DNA of 64,000 nt from Hormiphora californensis (GCA_020137815.1 CM035361.1:5456001-5520000), one strand, 5' to 3'; shown: positions 37,501 through 53,700, numbered from the stretch's first letter. Made by a program: numbers and translations. The notes: generated from the letters alone by a model not told the origin.

Positions 37501-40500
37501 CATATATGACTCTATCGTCCCAATTGGTAAATTCTCCAAAAACATCCATAACTCGGGCTAGAAAAGGAGCTAAGAGTCAAATCAGGGCACTAAACTGTGT
37601 AGAATCATCGCATTAGTGGGGGTAGAGCACATATTTAGGTCGCTATCTTGCCCCCTAATTGAGATAATTAGATAATTAGCCAATTATCTGTCCCGCGCAT
37701 GCTAATACAGTCGGACCCCGATTTAGTGGCCCCCGATTTAGTGGCACCCCGATTTAGTGGCAGGATTTTTTTCCCCCAAAAATTTTTTTGAATTTTTTTT
37801 GTGAAATTTTTTTGAAAATTTGTCAAAGAAACACCAGCCACGCCCGAATCGTTTTTCGAATCAGTGAATCTTATCGCATGTCCTGCTGCTAATTAGACGG
37901 TTCGGAACGAACCGATACGTGATCCCCATGGGGCCATTAAATCACAAGTTCACCAAGCGTCAAAATTTCGATTCGATGGGGATCACGTTTCGATTCGTCC
38001 CGAACCGTCTAATTAGTAGCAGGACATGCGATAAGATGCACCGATTCGAAACAGGATTCGGACGTGGCTAGTATACCTTTAAAAATTTTAAAACTTTTTT
38101 TTTTTTTTTGGGGGGGAGAGCACTCCCGTAAACAATCTTTGATGCTGAGAGTTCTCAGTTGTTATTAAAATACATGCGCTCTTGCGCTATCACGGACTAA
38201 AATAATAAATTAAAAAAACAATTGTTCATTGACACACTCTCATGTTCCATAGATCATCAGATGTAGTTTCGGTCTTCTTCCCACGGAATCCACGGATCGA
38301 AACTTTTTTTTGCAAAATTTCACAGTAAGATTGCCTGCCAATGCTTTGATCGGTGCTCCCCATAAATTTTGAGAGAAAAAGTTATTTTGAAATTTTGATA
38401 CTTCCTCACCCGCTTAGGGTGCCCCAATTCGGCATGGTATCACGTATCGGTTCGTTTCGAACCCGCTAATTAGACAGGATATCCAGTAAGCTGCACCGAT
38501 TCGAAACACAAATCGGACGGGCCGCTATAACTTAGAAAATTTTTCACAATTTTTTGAAAAAATTATTTTATAGTTTTCTATTTCTAATCAGAAATGATCA
38601 TGTCAACAATACATGAACATTGCATATAATAGTTAGAGGTGTCTTTAGTCTTAATAATATAGCATTTTGGGCATAAAATAGGTTTTTATGGGCCAAATAT
38701 GGCTCACCTCGATTTAGTGGCACCCCGATTTAGTGGCAGGATTTTTTTCCCCCGAGGATGCCACTAAATCGGGGTCCGACTGTAAATGAAACTTTGCTTT
38801 GGGAAGGAGTTATGAGGCAAATGGGGGCACTAAAATGTGTAGAATCATCACATTAGTGGGATTAGAGCACATATTTAGGTCTCTATCTGGACCCCTAATT
38901 GAGATAATTGGATAATTAGCTAATTAGTTGCCCTCCAGCGCTAAAAAATTAAATTTGGCGGAGTATACAAGACAAATGGGGGCACTAAAATGTGTAAAAT
39001 CGTCGCCTTAGTAGAGGCAGAGCACATAGCTGAGTTTCTATTTCCGTTCCTAATTGAGATAATTGGATAATCAGCTAATTGACGGTTGCATAATACCCCC
39101 TTTTCACCATAAACCGTGGTTTCTGGCTAATCCTGAGCTCTTTTGTTCAATCTAAGGCCCTTCTAGCATCCCTTTACCCATTTGTATCACCTTTGACTCG
39201 TTTTACACACTAATATAGCACTCTATACAACCCTAGACACCGCCTTCAGCTCTTTAGAACTGAAGGCGGAAGAACTGGGATGCCAAAAGATCCCTAGATT
39301 GAACAAAAGAGCTCAGGATTAGCCAGAAACCACGGTTTATGGTGAAAAGGGGGTATTATGCAACCGTCAATTAGCTAATTATCCAATTATCTCAATTAGG
39401 AGCGGGAATAGAAACTCAGCTATGTGCTCTGCCTCTACTAAGGCGACGATTTTACACATTTTAGTGCCCCCATTTGTCTTGTATACTCCGCCAAATTTAA
39501 TTTTTTAGCGCTGGAGGGCAACTAATTAGCTAATTATCCAATTATCTCAATTAGGGGTCCAGATAGAGACCTAAATATGTGCTCTAACCCCACTAATGTG
39601 ATGATTCTACACATTTTAGTGCCCCCATTTGCCTCATAACTCCTTCCCAATGCAAAGTTTCATTTATTAGCATGCGCGGGACAGATAATTGGCTAATTAT
39701 CCAATTATCTCAATTATGGGGCAAGATAGCGACCTAAATATGTGCTCTACCCCCACTAATGCGATGATTCTACACAGTTTAGTGCCCTGATTTGAATCTT
39801 AGCTCCTTTTCTAGCCCGAGTTATGGATGTTTTTGGAGAATTTACCAATTGGGACGATAGAGTCATATATGATACAAAATGTAGAATTTGGGGTATTTTT
39901 CTAGTAAAAACCGTTCAAGATTGTAGAAATTATAGCTATAGACTGCCTCAAAGCATAAAATTTGACTATTGGACCCATACTTTTGCACAAATGACATTTG
40001 TTACTAAAATTCCCTTACGGACGATAGAGTCATATATGACACAGTGGGCCCAGCAAAAACTACATGTCGAAACTTCAAATTTCTTTTTCGAGGTAGTTTG
40101 TGGTAATAATATCTACTTATAAACGAAAAATTAGAAAAATCTATCGAGCCAATCCTTCTCGCCCTTAAAGGGTTAATAATTAATAAAATTTAAATATAAC
40201 ATTTTTTCCTTCGGATGGATGTCTGAACAAAATCAAATTAATAAAATCAAATTATATAGATATTCATTAATTATTAACACATTAACAAAATCTCCCCTGC
40301 AGACTCAAGCACAGGCGACTAGTGTTGGGGCTGTTGTACCTATAAAGAACGACGCAGCAGTGAAAGTTAATCTTCCCGGGACGTGGTTCACAACAAATCA
40401 CCTGACTAGCTATGTACCGGAACATCCGAAAGGTTAAACTAAACTTTACCTGTTAATGGGGGGAAGTCGTGCCTGAACCTCAGGTTCAGGTCACGGCTAT

Positions 40501-41686
40501 TTTCCACTGAGACCTGAGATCTCAGGTTTCAGTGACGACTATAATAATTTTCCTGAGTAGGCGTTACTGAAACCTGAGTATACGTCACTGAAACCTGAGT
40601 AGACGTCACTGAAACCTGAGTAGACGTCACTGAAACCTGAGTAGACGTCACTGAAACCTGAGTAGATGTCACTGAAACCTGAGTAGACGTCACTGAAACC
40701 TGAGTAGACGTCACTGAAACCTGAGTAGACGTCACTGAAACCTGAGTAGACGTCACTGAAACCTGAGTAGATGTCACTGAAACCTGAGTAGATGTCACTG
40801 AAACCTGAGTAGACGTCACTGAAACCTGAGTAGATGTCACTGAAACCTGAGTAGACGTCACTGAAACCTGAGATCTCAGGAGTAAATGGCCGTGGCCGGA
40901 ACCTGAGGTTCAGGCACGAATATTTCCCCCAATTGATATAACCTGTTGATCAACATCTTCAGCTGTCTAATATACTTAGCTCCACAAATGTAGATATCAC
41001 CGAATTTGTAACATCTTTCTGTTGCAGTGAGTTGCGCCGCTTCCCTTCTTGCCACTCCAAACATGGACCAGGTGGCCCTAAAGTGGGGCCAGACCATGAT
41101 TACAGAGTGTTCTTCGACAAACGTGCCTATTGGTTAGTAATACACTTTCAAGTATTATGTATTTATTATGTGCCCGTGTATGTGTGAGATTCCCCATTAA
41201 AACTGTTGTACAGAGGGCGTGTGTGTGTGTTGATCACCAGAAGGAGATATCAAAATTACTTCCCTTTATGTATTTATTAGTAGGTATGTAACCATGTGCG
41301 GCGTGCTGATCGATTATTATTTGTTAACAATGTTTTGAATTGTTCATATTTCTTTTTACGGAAACAGTGTCAAGCGACTCAAACAATATTGGAATTATTG
41401 ATGAGTAACGTTGTGGTTAAAGAGCAGATATATTATATCTATACAGCGTGTCATGGCTATTAGCTTATTCAAGCTGTAATAAGAATTTAACTAGGGACTT
41501 CTGCAAGGATCTAAAAACTAATATTTGTCATAATAATGAACTACATTAACACGACATATTAATTGAACTAATATTTGTCCCTGTAGGTTTCCCTGACGAG
41601 ATCTACTCAGCAACTTGTGATGGAACGAATGGCTTTAAGTTTGGGAATTCAGCAGCAACAGACATCACATGCGATGGTATAAGAAA

Positions 41687-41753
<67 letters not shown>

Positions 41754-44700
41754 AAGAGAGAGAGCGCGAGGAGAGAAGAGAGAGAGGAGAGAGGCAGCAC
41801 TAGAGCTCTCTCCTCTCTCCTACTCTCTCGCTCCTCTCTGCGCTCGCTCTCGCTCTCTATCTCATCTTCTCTCTCTCGCTCTGGCTCTATCTCCCTCTCT
41901 ACTTCTCTGCTCTCTCTCTCTCTCTCTATCCTCTCTCTCGCATCTCCTCCTCTCATCTTCTCTTCTCGCTCTCTCGCTTCTCGCTATCGCTTCGCTCTAG
42001 CGTAGATCCCCCCCACAGAAAGATAATTGAAAAAGATAATTGAAAAAGAATATATATATAACATATAAAATATTATGAAACTTTAAAATTAAATAATAAA
42101 ACTTCTCACAGCTGCTAATACCGCCTGCTACACGGGGATTGGAACAGATTACGCGGGTGACGTAACAGATGCCGGTTCCACCTGCGATCTCTGGGAATAT
42201 GCTGATTCAACAGAGTATATTGACATGTACGTTTCAATATAGAAATAGAAATAGAAATATATATCGGACCCCGATTTACCGGGATGCTCGGGGGAACTAG
42301 GGTTTAGCCGGTTTATCGGGGTCCGACTGTCATGGTATTACTTGTGTGTGCAGCCCCTGCAGAGGTGAACTCAAGAGTATTATTAGTTTCTGTATATAAT
42401 GTGATATTACTTATGAAATGTATATTTGTTTGTCAAACTCCCATACATCAAACATGAGTGTTTGATGTATGGGAGTTTGTGTTTGTAAGCTTCTTGTTCA
42501 TTTGTATGGGACACATGTCAAACAAATAAACAAGAAGCTTACAAAAACAAACTCCTCATATATATATGAGATAGATACCTAGGGAACCAATTATTAATTT
42601 TTTCAATACATAAAACTACATAGTTGTTGTGTAATTAACTTATATAACCAATTATTTTCAGTGTGACTCAACTGAATATAAAAACAATTAAAAAATGCCG
42701 ATATCCATTTAAGTACGACATGGCTACAGAGATAACGTACACTAGCCCCTTTTGTTATGAAGACACCTCTGACTCTTTTGTTTCATGTGCCTCGCAACTT
42801 AAAAAATGTCAGGAATTCCGTAAGTAGCTAAGCTACAAACATATAGGGAAAATAAATTATAAGTTTCCATTTTTGTCCTCATTTTCGAAGTATTATAAGG
42901 GGAAACTCTAACTGAATGGCATCCCATTAATGGGATCCCATCAACAGTAAAACTCTAACTGATAATGGACCACAGTGATGGTTCTTTCTCTGTATTCTCT
43001 CTGTAGGCAGTACATCTATGTACTGTCTACAGAGAGAATACAGAGAAAGAACTATAGGGCATGCCCGGGCACGGGCGTGCACACAGAGAGAATACAGAGA
43101 AAAAACCATCACTGTGGTCCATTATCAGTTAGAGTTTTACTGTTGATGGGATCCCATTAATGGGATGCCATTCAGTTAGAGTTTCCCCTAAGGCTATATC
43201 TTGCCTTGTTCGGCCCTCCCTCCCCGCGCCCCGGTTTGAACAAAACAAGCTATATTATAGTTATGAATTTCTCAACACACTTTCAGAGAGAGCATCATTC
43301 AGTATTGGAGATAGCACGACCATGAAAAAAGAGAATCTGGGTAAATATTTTATTTGCATTTTGACCATATTTTGATACGTGCGACGGCATAATGGCCAAC
43401 CACTAGAAAACGGGCTATAGCCCCCATTTTTAACATCTAATACCCAATTTAAACACGTGTGTCCCCCTCCTCCTAGCCCAATTTAAACACGTTCCTCCTA
43501 GCGCTGAAGGCACGAGTTCCCAGTACTGGTGCACGTGTGTGGTTGAATGGCGTTGAGTACATCACCTCCCCTCTATCCCACGTTGAGATACCCATTGACA
43601 CTAACTTCATCGCAATCGCCCAAGAGGGAACTACGACACTTGAGTTTTATCTGGAACTAGCTGATGGGACAAAGGTAAACACCATTTCACTATAAAGTAG
43701 AATTGCACATTAAGGTAAACACCATTTCACACATTGACACTATAAAGTAGAATTATACATTAAGGTAAACACCATTTCACATATTGACACTATAAAGTAG
43801 AATTGCACATTAAGGTAAACACCATTTCACATTGACACTATTCATAATAGCAGAATTGGACCGCGTCTATTTATAGACGCGGTTACTTTATAAAGTAATT
43901 TGTTACTAGAATTGTATCGATTATATTTTTTGGGTGCCACCTGTTTTTTGGGTGTCATTGTGGCGAGTATGCTACGTTGGTGGAGCCCGTGGACGGTGAT
44001 ATTTAACGATCCATTGACTTTGTCATATACCTAAATGTTTTCACGATAAATATGTCACCCGCAAATTTACTCGTTCTACCTTTCAGATAATGACCGGAAC
44101 GGACGCGTTAACATGGGAATGTTTAAACGACGAAAACTCTCTCCGCACCCCTTCTGACTGGGTTGACCGGGATGACAACAGTTACAGGAAAACAAACAGT
44201 TTCGCTCCATCTACCACGGTTGGTCTTGTGGCTCCTGTACAGATAACTGACACTGGTGATAGTGATTTCAAGGGTATTACCAACCCAAATAAAAACTGGA
44301 TCATTTGTACTATTTTCACTGATGCCATCACTAAAATTAACTGTAAGTTCCAACTCCAATTAACTCCAATTAACTGTCGGACTCCGATTTACCGGGATGC
44401 TCCAACTGTATGATACGTTTTGAGCTACCCTATCTTTCAGCAACTGCAACTTTATAACTGTTCTCCCCTTCTCAGATGTACGAAATCCAGCACCGAGATC
44501 AATTCCTTTGAAAGATTTTGCAGCCCTTAAAGTTAGGTTGGTACAAGTTCGAAACAACGTTTTTTGTTTTCAATGATATTCCTGTAATACCTAAAGCGAT
44601 CCTCACATGCGTATAAACATATCCCATTATCTCTCTAACCTCTATACAATCTTCAGCAAGGCGGCAGCAAGTGACGAGGGACATACCTTCCATTTCCTGC

Positions 44701-47700
44701 CTAGCAGCCAGGATGCAGCTTATGCCGAGGCTCGGAGCATTGGAAAGGTAATTAGTACATTAATGTACAATTGTACACAGTGTTTAGATAACGACAACGT
44801 ATCCAAAACTACCCCCCCCCCTAATTAGGATCATAGTACCAACCCCTAAATACTAACCCCACCCCTCCCACCCCTCCACCCACCCCTCCACCCACCCCAC
44901 CCACCACAACCATCCCACCCACCCCACCCACCCCAACCACCCACCAACCCCACCCACCCCAACTACCTACAACAACTACCTACCCCAACCACCTACCCCA
45001 ACCACCCACACCAACCACCCTTCCCCCCAACCACCCACCCCAATCACCCCTTCTCCACACCAGGTTTATCTGCGTGAAGAGGTCAGTACTGATACAGGCA
45101 ACTACCACTACGTTATGGCCAACACAGAAGTATACACAAAAGATGAGCGAACGGGCAAGGTCGGGTACTGCGGAAAAGTGGAGCAATCTAAAATCGGAGG
45201 GTGTGATTGGACGACGAAGCAGTGTAACACCCCCACAGCGGATGTTATTTCTACAGCTGAAGGTTGGTATGATATGTATTTATTGTATTGTCTCAAAATA
45301 TAGGAGGAAAATATAGCCGTGGCCTGAATCTGAGGTTCAGGCACGACTGTTCCCCCCCCCCCCCCGGATTGCCCTTATTAACATGTCTGTAAACAGTGCA
45401 GTGTCTGACAAAGCCTGGAACTTAAACATAATTGACAAATTGTTTCAGCTACCAAATGCCCCCCTGGCTACCCCTACGCATACAACTCTGGAAGTCATTG
45501 CTGCCAGAGCCAGATAGGTGCTGTAGTAACAGGTTGTACTGCGGTCGATGTACTGAAAGACTCGGAAAATTGTTGCCCGACTGGGAGTTCTGTATCCTGT
45601 CCTACAGCTACGAGCTGCGCCAACTGGGGTAATTAGTAATTAATTATCCAATTAATTTAATAACTATTAATTAATTGATTATTTGTCTTGTTCGACCCTG
45701 TTTCCCTGGGACCCTGTTTCCACGGGAAGATAAATAGTGCAGTGTTTGCATAAAACAATTGATGACATATTTTTCAATATCAATATCAATATATTAACAA
45801 TAAACTTGATATAAAATAACATATATTATTGCTCAACTTATTCAATTAACAGAGGCTGAGTCATACTGGTATGTTGTTGACTGCGCGGGTCAAATTGGAA
45901 CCAGTGTCTTCCTTTTTGACAGTGATATCCGGGACTCAAAGTTAGAGTTTTTCTACTACATCGATTCGCTCTTCGTTTATGAGGTATATTATTCAATCAA
46001 TAATCAAGAGTTTCAAAAATTGATAAATATAACTAGTAGGCCCGTTCGCCCTACGGGCGAATTTCGGGGAAATGGTAGCTGGATTAGGGAACGCTGACAT
46101 CACCTGCACTGCACCATCCGTTCCTAGCCTATCTCTCACTTTCTCCCTACCCATGTTGTTGTACGCTATGGGCTTCCTAACAATGTCAAGGTACGAATTT
46201 AAGAGATCGATGTCATGGAGGTGCAGTGCTGTTCCAGAAACTCATCACGTGAAAACTTTGCCGCTATGTAGCCGATTCGGAGATTTCTATATTCGACTGG
46301 AGTAATCACCCTTGGGCGACGTTGAGTAAAGCTATCCGTAGTCGTTGATTGGCTCGCTTGAACACGTTGGCGTAATCTGTCATATTCTCTAGCCTGCTCC
46401 CTGACAGCAGCAGATCTTCCGGACCCAGATGACCGTTGCCGAATAGCGCTTGGGGTTGAAGAGTTAGACATCAGGACAAAAGTAAAAGAATGCACGTGCA
46501 GAATTGAATTTCCCTTAGTACCCAAAACTGCAACTGGGAGTGAGGTTTCTAAGTTGCTCTAATAATTGCACGTGCAGGTGTAGTTGCTAGGTGATGTAGC
46601 ACTGACAATTTGAATAGTAAGTAGTATGATATTATTGGTTCACCAATAGCAAACTAATTCCCGATAATAAAAAAAAGCAGAAAGCTATACAGTCGGACCC
46701 CGATTTACCGGGATACTAAATCGGGGTGCCCGGTAAATAGGGGTCCGACTGTTAAGTTAATTCTGGTTGCAAATTGCAATTGGATCATTCATCCTGAAAA
46801 GTTCCATGCCTCATTTAAACTTTTATACCGCTAAATATATGGACTACAACAAAATAAATAATGTTATATTATACGTTAAATCTTTCAACTTTTAACTTTT
46901 AACTATTTTATTAAAGTCTGTGATTAATAAACTATAGTTTATTAATCACAGACTTATAAGTAATCTTTAGGCTTTGGGAGATCTCAGCTCAGAGCGGTTT
47001 GAAGATTTAACTGCCTCAGCCACGGAGGTCAAAACTGCCATTACTGGTACTGGATCAATAACCAAGGCAGGCTCTACAGCAGCACTTTATGGTATAGTAT
47101 AGTTTAGCCATATAATAACTAATTGATAATTAATTAATTAGTTATTAATTAATTAATAATGACTTCATGTGATACCCATAAATGGGTTTAGAATGTGATA
47201 AAGGGGCAATGTTCATACCGTCTGCATGCAAACTGAAAAGTTAATATTGTGAAAATTTCACAATATTTCAATATGTCGCAATGTTTCAATGTCGCAATAT
47301 GTCACAATGTTTCAATGTCACAATATGTCACAATGTTTCAATGTCGCAATATGTCGCAATGTCATTCCCCGCAGACTGGGTCGATGTTTCCACAGTTTTG
47401 GACATCGAGCAAGATTGTGGTACCGACATTATTCAGGTTATGACAACTGCGGACCCTGGTGATGACGCCTACTTTAAGGTAATTGTAACTTTGTAATTAT
47501 ATGATATAACTATCAAATTAATTAATCTTAATTCTTAGGGTCAAGCTACAGCCTCATAAGCCACCGTATAATAATTGCCATATAATCAAACCTCGATTTA
47601 CAGGAATCCTCAGAAAAATAATTAGCTAATTAAGTGTTTACCCACCAACAATCTTACCTGTGTACTTTACAATTATAATTGTAAAGTATACAGGTAAGAT

Positions 47701-50700
47701 TGTTGGTGGGTAAACAGTGTTTCCAATATATTGAGTGTTTAGTAAACACCCTATAAACACCCTATAAACACTCAATATATTGGCAATCACGAATTTCTTC
47801 CAGGTCACGATAAAGGGTAGTGCTGAAGTTGACTTCATGGTAGATTTCGAGAAGAGTGAAATTGATTGGTGTGGCAACACAGGCACATCTTTTACCATGT
47901 GTAATGCTAACCCTGCGGTGAGTGATGTAATGTTAGTTTCTTTGGGTTAGTAGTAAGTAATTTAATGTTTGTTTCTTTGGGTTAGTAGTAAGTAATTTAA
48001 TGTTTGTTTCTTTGGGTTAGTAGTAAGTAATTTAATGTTTGTTTCTTTGGGTTAGTAGTAAGTAATTTAATGTTTGTTTCTTTGGGTTAGTAGTAAGTAA
48101 TTTAATGTTTGTTTCTTTGGGTTAGCAGCGACACTTGTATTGTGATTTCAGCCCAGCTGAATATCACCTTATACAAAAAACCCTTGTTGATTGGGGTGTT
48201 GGGGTCACCACACACCAAAGTTAAAATTAAAATTAAAATTTTGATTTTAAACCCGCACACATCAGCGGCCGTTAAAATTTCTCTCCCTCATTCTAAAAGT
48301 AACAATCTCGCGCGCGATTTTAACGGCGTGTTAAAATTTTGTCATCCAACGCGACCGTCAAAATCGTGCGTGAGATTGTTACTTTTAGAATGGGGAGAGA
48401 AATTTTAACGGCCGCTGGTGTGTGCGGGTTTAAAATCAAAATTTTAATTTTAATTTTAACTTTGGTGTGTGGTGACCCTTGTTTGGCAGACAGTGTGAAC
48501 GGAAGTTCAGCCCCTGAAAATGCCAGCCCCTTCACAGTGTGAACGGAAGTGGGCGGCATCACAGGAGCCCCTGAATACACTAGCACGGACTGGTGGTTTG
48601 CAGCTGATAGCTGCGGTGTTCCTCACGTTTTCCGGAGTTGTATCAGACATTCAGAACAAGGAATTTTCAAAACAAAAATTACAAAAATTACAAAAAATAA
48701 TTTTTGTTTTGAAAATTCCTTGTTCTGAATGTCTGATACAACTCCGGAAAACGTGAGGAACACCGCAGCTATCAGCTGCAAACCACCTTCATCCACCACG
48801 GACGGTGCCCCCAGCCCACTTGGACTGGCTCAACACTAGCACGGACTCTCCGTAGTCCACAGAAGGTGGACCCTATCATGTCTGCTTTTAGATCTAGATT
48901 ACACCCTGAGTTGAATCTAGACGATGAGTCCGTTAAGAGTTCGTTAAGATTCCAATAAGATTCCAATAAGATTCCAATAAGATTCCAATAGGAGTCCAAT
49001 AAGATTCCAATAAGATTCCAATAAGATTCCAATAAGATTCCAATAAGATTCCAATAAGATTCCAATAAAAGTCCGTAGGAACTACAGAGTCTACCAGCCA
49101 TGTAACAGCTCATTTGTACCATTATTCCATATCTCTCTGTAGGGACAACGTATCTGGACGATTGTACCATCTGGGTCCAACACCAGGAAGACGATAGTGA
49201 CCTGTAACGGAGAGCTAGTTGTCAGTCAAGATAGTGTCTGCTACGCTGGATCTCTTACTAAATTCAAAGGTATGAAGATATACTTCTATAGATAGGGATC
49301 TATAGTTGGGAAGATGGGGGGGTAAGCAATCAGTCATCAATTAGCATTGGCCTGATAGGGGATGCTCGGTAAAAAGGGTTTTGCCCAGTATACCGCTAAC
49401 ACATTTTGATCTCGTCTTTGATTTCAGTCGCCAAAGCCACCAGCACTGATGGTTATGGAGCCCAAGCTGCGATTTATGTCAGACAATTTGGACGTAAGTA
49501 AAAGTCTTTAAGTAATTGTAAAACACTTATTTGACACTAATTTCCCACTAATTTAATACTAATTTACCACTAATTTTACATTTGAATGACATTTAATTGA
49601 CCCCCCCCCCCCCCCGATAGAGGATGGATATTCGATGACTGCTGACACCCCCTCCTCTCTGCTACTGAAATGGAATTCTCCAAAAACCATATCCTCTGTG
49701 GAAATCTTCAGGGATTCCGATAAAGCTGAATATACTGTAAGTGTGTTGATTAATTGGCAGGTGAGTAGAACTTCGCTCCTAATAAAAGGCTGCAATAAAA
49801 GGCTGCAATAAAAGGCTGCAGAAAAAGGCTGCAATAAAAGGCTGCAATAAAAGGCTGTAGAAAAAGGCTGCAATAAAAGGCTGCAATAAAAGGCTGCAAG
49901 GGATCACGTATCCAACCAGACTAAAGCGGGGGATAGACCGAATCGTCCTCCCCTAATAGTGTTTCGTATCACGTATCGGCTGTAGAGAGACCGAATCACC
50001 CTCCCCTAATTATAGTGATTCGTGTCACGTATCCAACTAGACCATAGGCGATAGAGAGACCGAGATAGAGAGCGAGTACGAGTGAGAACTGAGAGAGTGA
50101 AAAATCATAATCACGGTATCACGTACCATGGTATCACGTATATAATATCCTCAAATGAAAAGCGGTTACCAATTTTGACAATGAGACCCCATCGGTCCCG
50201 ATACGTGATTATCTACCGCTATGTATTCTCCATTAGTCTTTCCGTATCGATCCACGATTCAGTAGAGGTAGTCAGTAACTATAGTTACTACTATAGTAAC
50301 ACTCTCAGTAGTTACTAACTACTGAGAGTGTTGGTCTAATGAGGTTGGGTAGATCTATTGATTGAGCGTGTAGCACAAAGACAGGTGAACGGTGAACCAC
50401 CCAACCACTTGGTTCACCTATCATAGTATTATGTGTGATTCCGCTCAACTGAATAAAGACTATTGGCGAATAACGGTAGAAAATCAGTAATCACGTATTG
50501 GCACCGATTAGGTCAAATTATAGGTAACCGCCTTTCATTTAATTAATTAGAGGATATCATGAAACGTGATATGTACAATACTTGATTAGTCGTCCATGAT
50601 TCGGATCTCTCACCTCTATCTCCGTCTATCTACCGCCTATGGTTTAGTTGGATACATGGCACGAATCACTATAATTAAGGGCGGGTGATTCGGTTTCTCT

Positions 50701-53700
50701 GCCGCTTATAATGGTAGAGACCGATACGTGAAACAAAACACTATTAGGGGAGTCCACGATTCGGTCTATTTCCTGCTTTAGTCCAGCTGGATACGTGATC
50801 CATTGCAGCCTTTTATTGCAGCCTTTTATTGCAGCCTTTTAATGCAGCCTTTTATTGCAGCCTTTTATTGCAGCCTTTTAATGCAGCCTTTTATTGCAGC
50901 CTTTTATTGCAGCCTTTTATTGCAGCCTTTTATTAGGAGCGAAGTTCTACTCACCTGCCAATTAATTAGTAATTAGTAATCATTTCACAGCCTTGCCTAG
51001 CTTAGCCCTTGATGACATGGACACCTGTGCGAGATCGATCCCAAAAACAATTTGGCAATGGCGCCAAACCTAACCCGAAACCATATCATAACAGACACAT
51101 GTTTTCAGAGTGATACAATATTCTACCCGTCTGTATACAACTCATACCTCTTTACTGGATACTATGAGGTAATTACTGTTAATTATATATAATCACAATT
51201 GATAACCATTAAATAAATATCTATTAATTAATGAATATGATTAGTAATAAATAATTTTCTTCTTTTACGACAGAGTGGACGATTCTCTGATGACTCCAAT
51301 TTCGAACAATTCCAAAATCTAAACGCTGAATCAGAATCCCTAATCTCCATCGCAGGTAAAATCATGATCACCTGCTGTTTCACTCCAATTATTCCCTAAT
51401 TAGTTATTAATTACCTCATACATTTCTAGTTGATTCCAATTATTCCCTAATTAGTTATTAACTAGCGCACCCATTGGGTGCGCCTCAAGTAAGGGCTTTT
51501 TGATAACCCACCCGGCTTCGCCGGGTGGTTCTTTTCGCCCCTTTCCACGTCTATAACACGGTTGCCATGGCAACTGAATTGATAACTATGGGGACTGGCA
51601 TGTTGAAAGTCATTCGAAAATATTAACAAACTTCCACTGGAAGTTCCAAAAGTGTGAGCAACAGCTTTACAGCTTTGGTCACATGAAGTGTTTTATGAAG
51701 GAGCAGTCTGTCGCTTAGATACCGCTGAACGAACGACCACCACTTCGACGTCGTTCATCTCCAAATTATAATAGAGATTCTCTCATTAATTCCTAGTTAA
51801 TTCCAATTATTCCCTAATTAGTTATTAATTACCCCATTAGGTGGATCTGGTACCTCGATAATTAACGTCCGAATTTACGGCCATAACTCTGAGGACAACC
51901 AGGATTGCTACACTACCACCAGTGGAACATTCCTCATAGACTTTGATGCTGTCTACAAACTGTCAGCGGTTAGTTTTGTTGTTTGTTTTGTTGTTTACTC
52001 AAAAACTTTTGTTGAATACTGGTTCAACCAAATAAGCGCACTTTATTTTGAGTCACCTGACACCATATTATGGGTAGTATGAAAGATTAGGTCGTGCGCG
52101 CCAAATGGCGCCATATGGCGCCAAATGGCGCCATCATATTCGCCAAATGGCGCCACGTGGCGAACAAATGGCGCCATTTGGCGCCAAAATGTGGCGAGTG
52201 CGCACTATCGCCAAATGGCGCAATTTCTGGCGCCAAATGGCGCCATTTGGCGGTAGTCCCGCCATGGCGGTAGTCAATCGCCACATGGCAAAATTTTGGC
52301 GCCAAACACGCCATATGGCGGTCGGGAGTGGCGCCACACCACGGGAGTGGCGCCATACATGCTCTGGCGGTACTTGGATGGCGGTGGCGTGTGGCGCCAT
52401 TTGTTGAATATGGCGCCAACTTATGGCGCTAACAAAAAAACCGATTTCTGGAGTGGCGCCACACCACTGGAGTGGCGCCACATTTTAAAAACTCTGGCGG
52501 TATGCAAGTGGTATGTGTGTGGCGCCAACCGTTGTCGTGGCGGTAGTCAAACGGCGCCACACATTAGCGCCACATTAATGGCGCCACATGATAATGGCGC
52601 CACATGATCATGTGGCGCCATATGGACATTGCCGAGAATGAGCCCTTCCGTGAGCGCATTTTTTGAAGTTGTCTGTGTCACCTACATAAGCCTGTCAAAA
52701 CGTGTTTCGACATAGAACTCACTAGCGGCAAGCCAATTCCGGTTGTAAATTCTAGGTATAGGCCCCCTGAACATAAAAAACCAAAATGCCAGTCTCAATT
52801 ATTTGGGGGAAGGTGTGTAATTAGCCCCTAATTGATTGGTAATTGAGCATATAAGGAGAAAAACGCTGTATCTACCCTTAGGAAAGGAGTAGAGATAAAA
52901 TTAAGGGCACCAAAGTGTTCAGTGTCCTCGCCTTAGTGGGGGTAGGTGCCAGAATAAAGTCTTTATCTCATCTGGTTAATTGGATAATTGGATAATTAGA
53001 CCTGCACATAGCCGTTTGCTGGCCATATGGCTATATATAACCATGTTAGGAAAGGAGTAGAGACACAACCGGGGGCACTGAAATGTTCAGCGTTCTCGAA
53101 TTAGTGGGGGTAGGTGCTGAAATTAAGTCTCTATCTCATCCGATTAATTAGATAATTGGATAATTAGGTTTAAACATAACCGTTTAAGGGTACGCTAACC
53201 AAAAATTTTTTTCGAGTGCAGGGAAATCTCTCACCGTAGGGTTGTAGGCCATGCCAAGGAGACCTCAAATATGCAATTTGAGCTCTCAAGTCGAATTCAT
53301 ATTTTTGCTACAGCGGTTTGAAAAATGAACTGAAAATAAGTTTTTGGCATCTTAAAAATACATTTGTAAAGATGGGATCATAAAAATTTGAAGAGGACAA
53401 AGAGGTGAGTAGCCACAAAAATTTTTTTTGAAATCCGAGCTGATTTTCGGTCCTGAGATGGATTTCTTTTTTTTGACTTTAACGCCATATTTGGCCAAGT
53501 TCCGAAAATATGTGAAAGCTGTAAATTGGTCAAAAGTTGCGTCTAACAATTATCTAAGTGGCCATAAATTTTGGGCGTGTCCTTATTTAAGATAAGCTGT
53601 ACAGAGTTTTTTTTCTGAAAGCCGTCATTTCAGAAATAAATAAATTCCCTGTATCTCAAAAACGGCTGATCGTAGAGACCTGAGACTATGCTTAAACGAT

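Noticed and set aside
12432-40122. Paired identical ORFs on opposite strands (12432/15367, 13270/14798, 27638/27751, 37313/39823)
   Set aside because: A by-product of palindromic arms; no recognisable protein motifs or transposase.
40529-40861. (VTSTQVS)n ORF or CRISPR-like array
   Set aside because: Spacer-less 21-bp minisatellite inside a TIR element; no unique spacers or cas genes, eukaryotic context.
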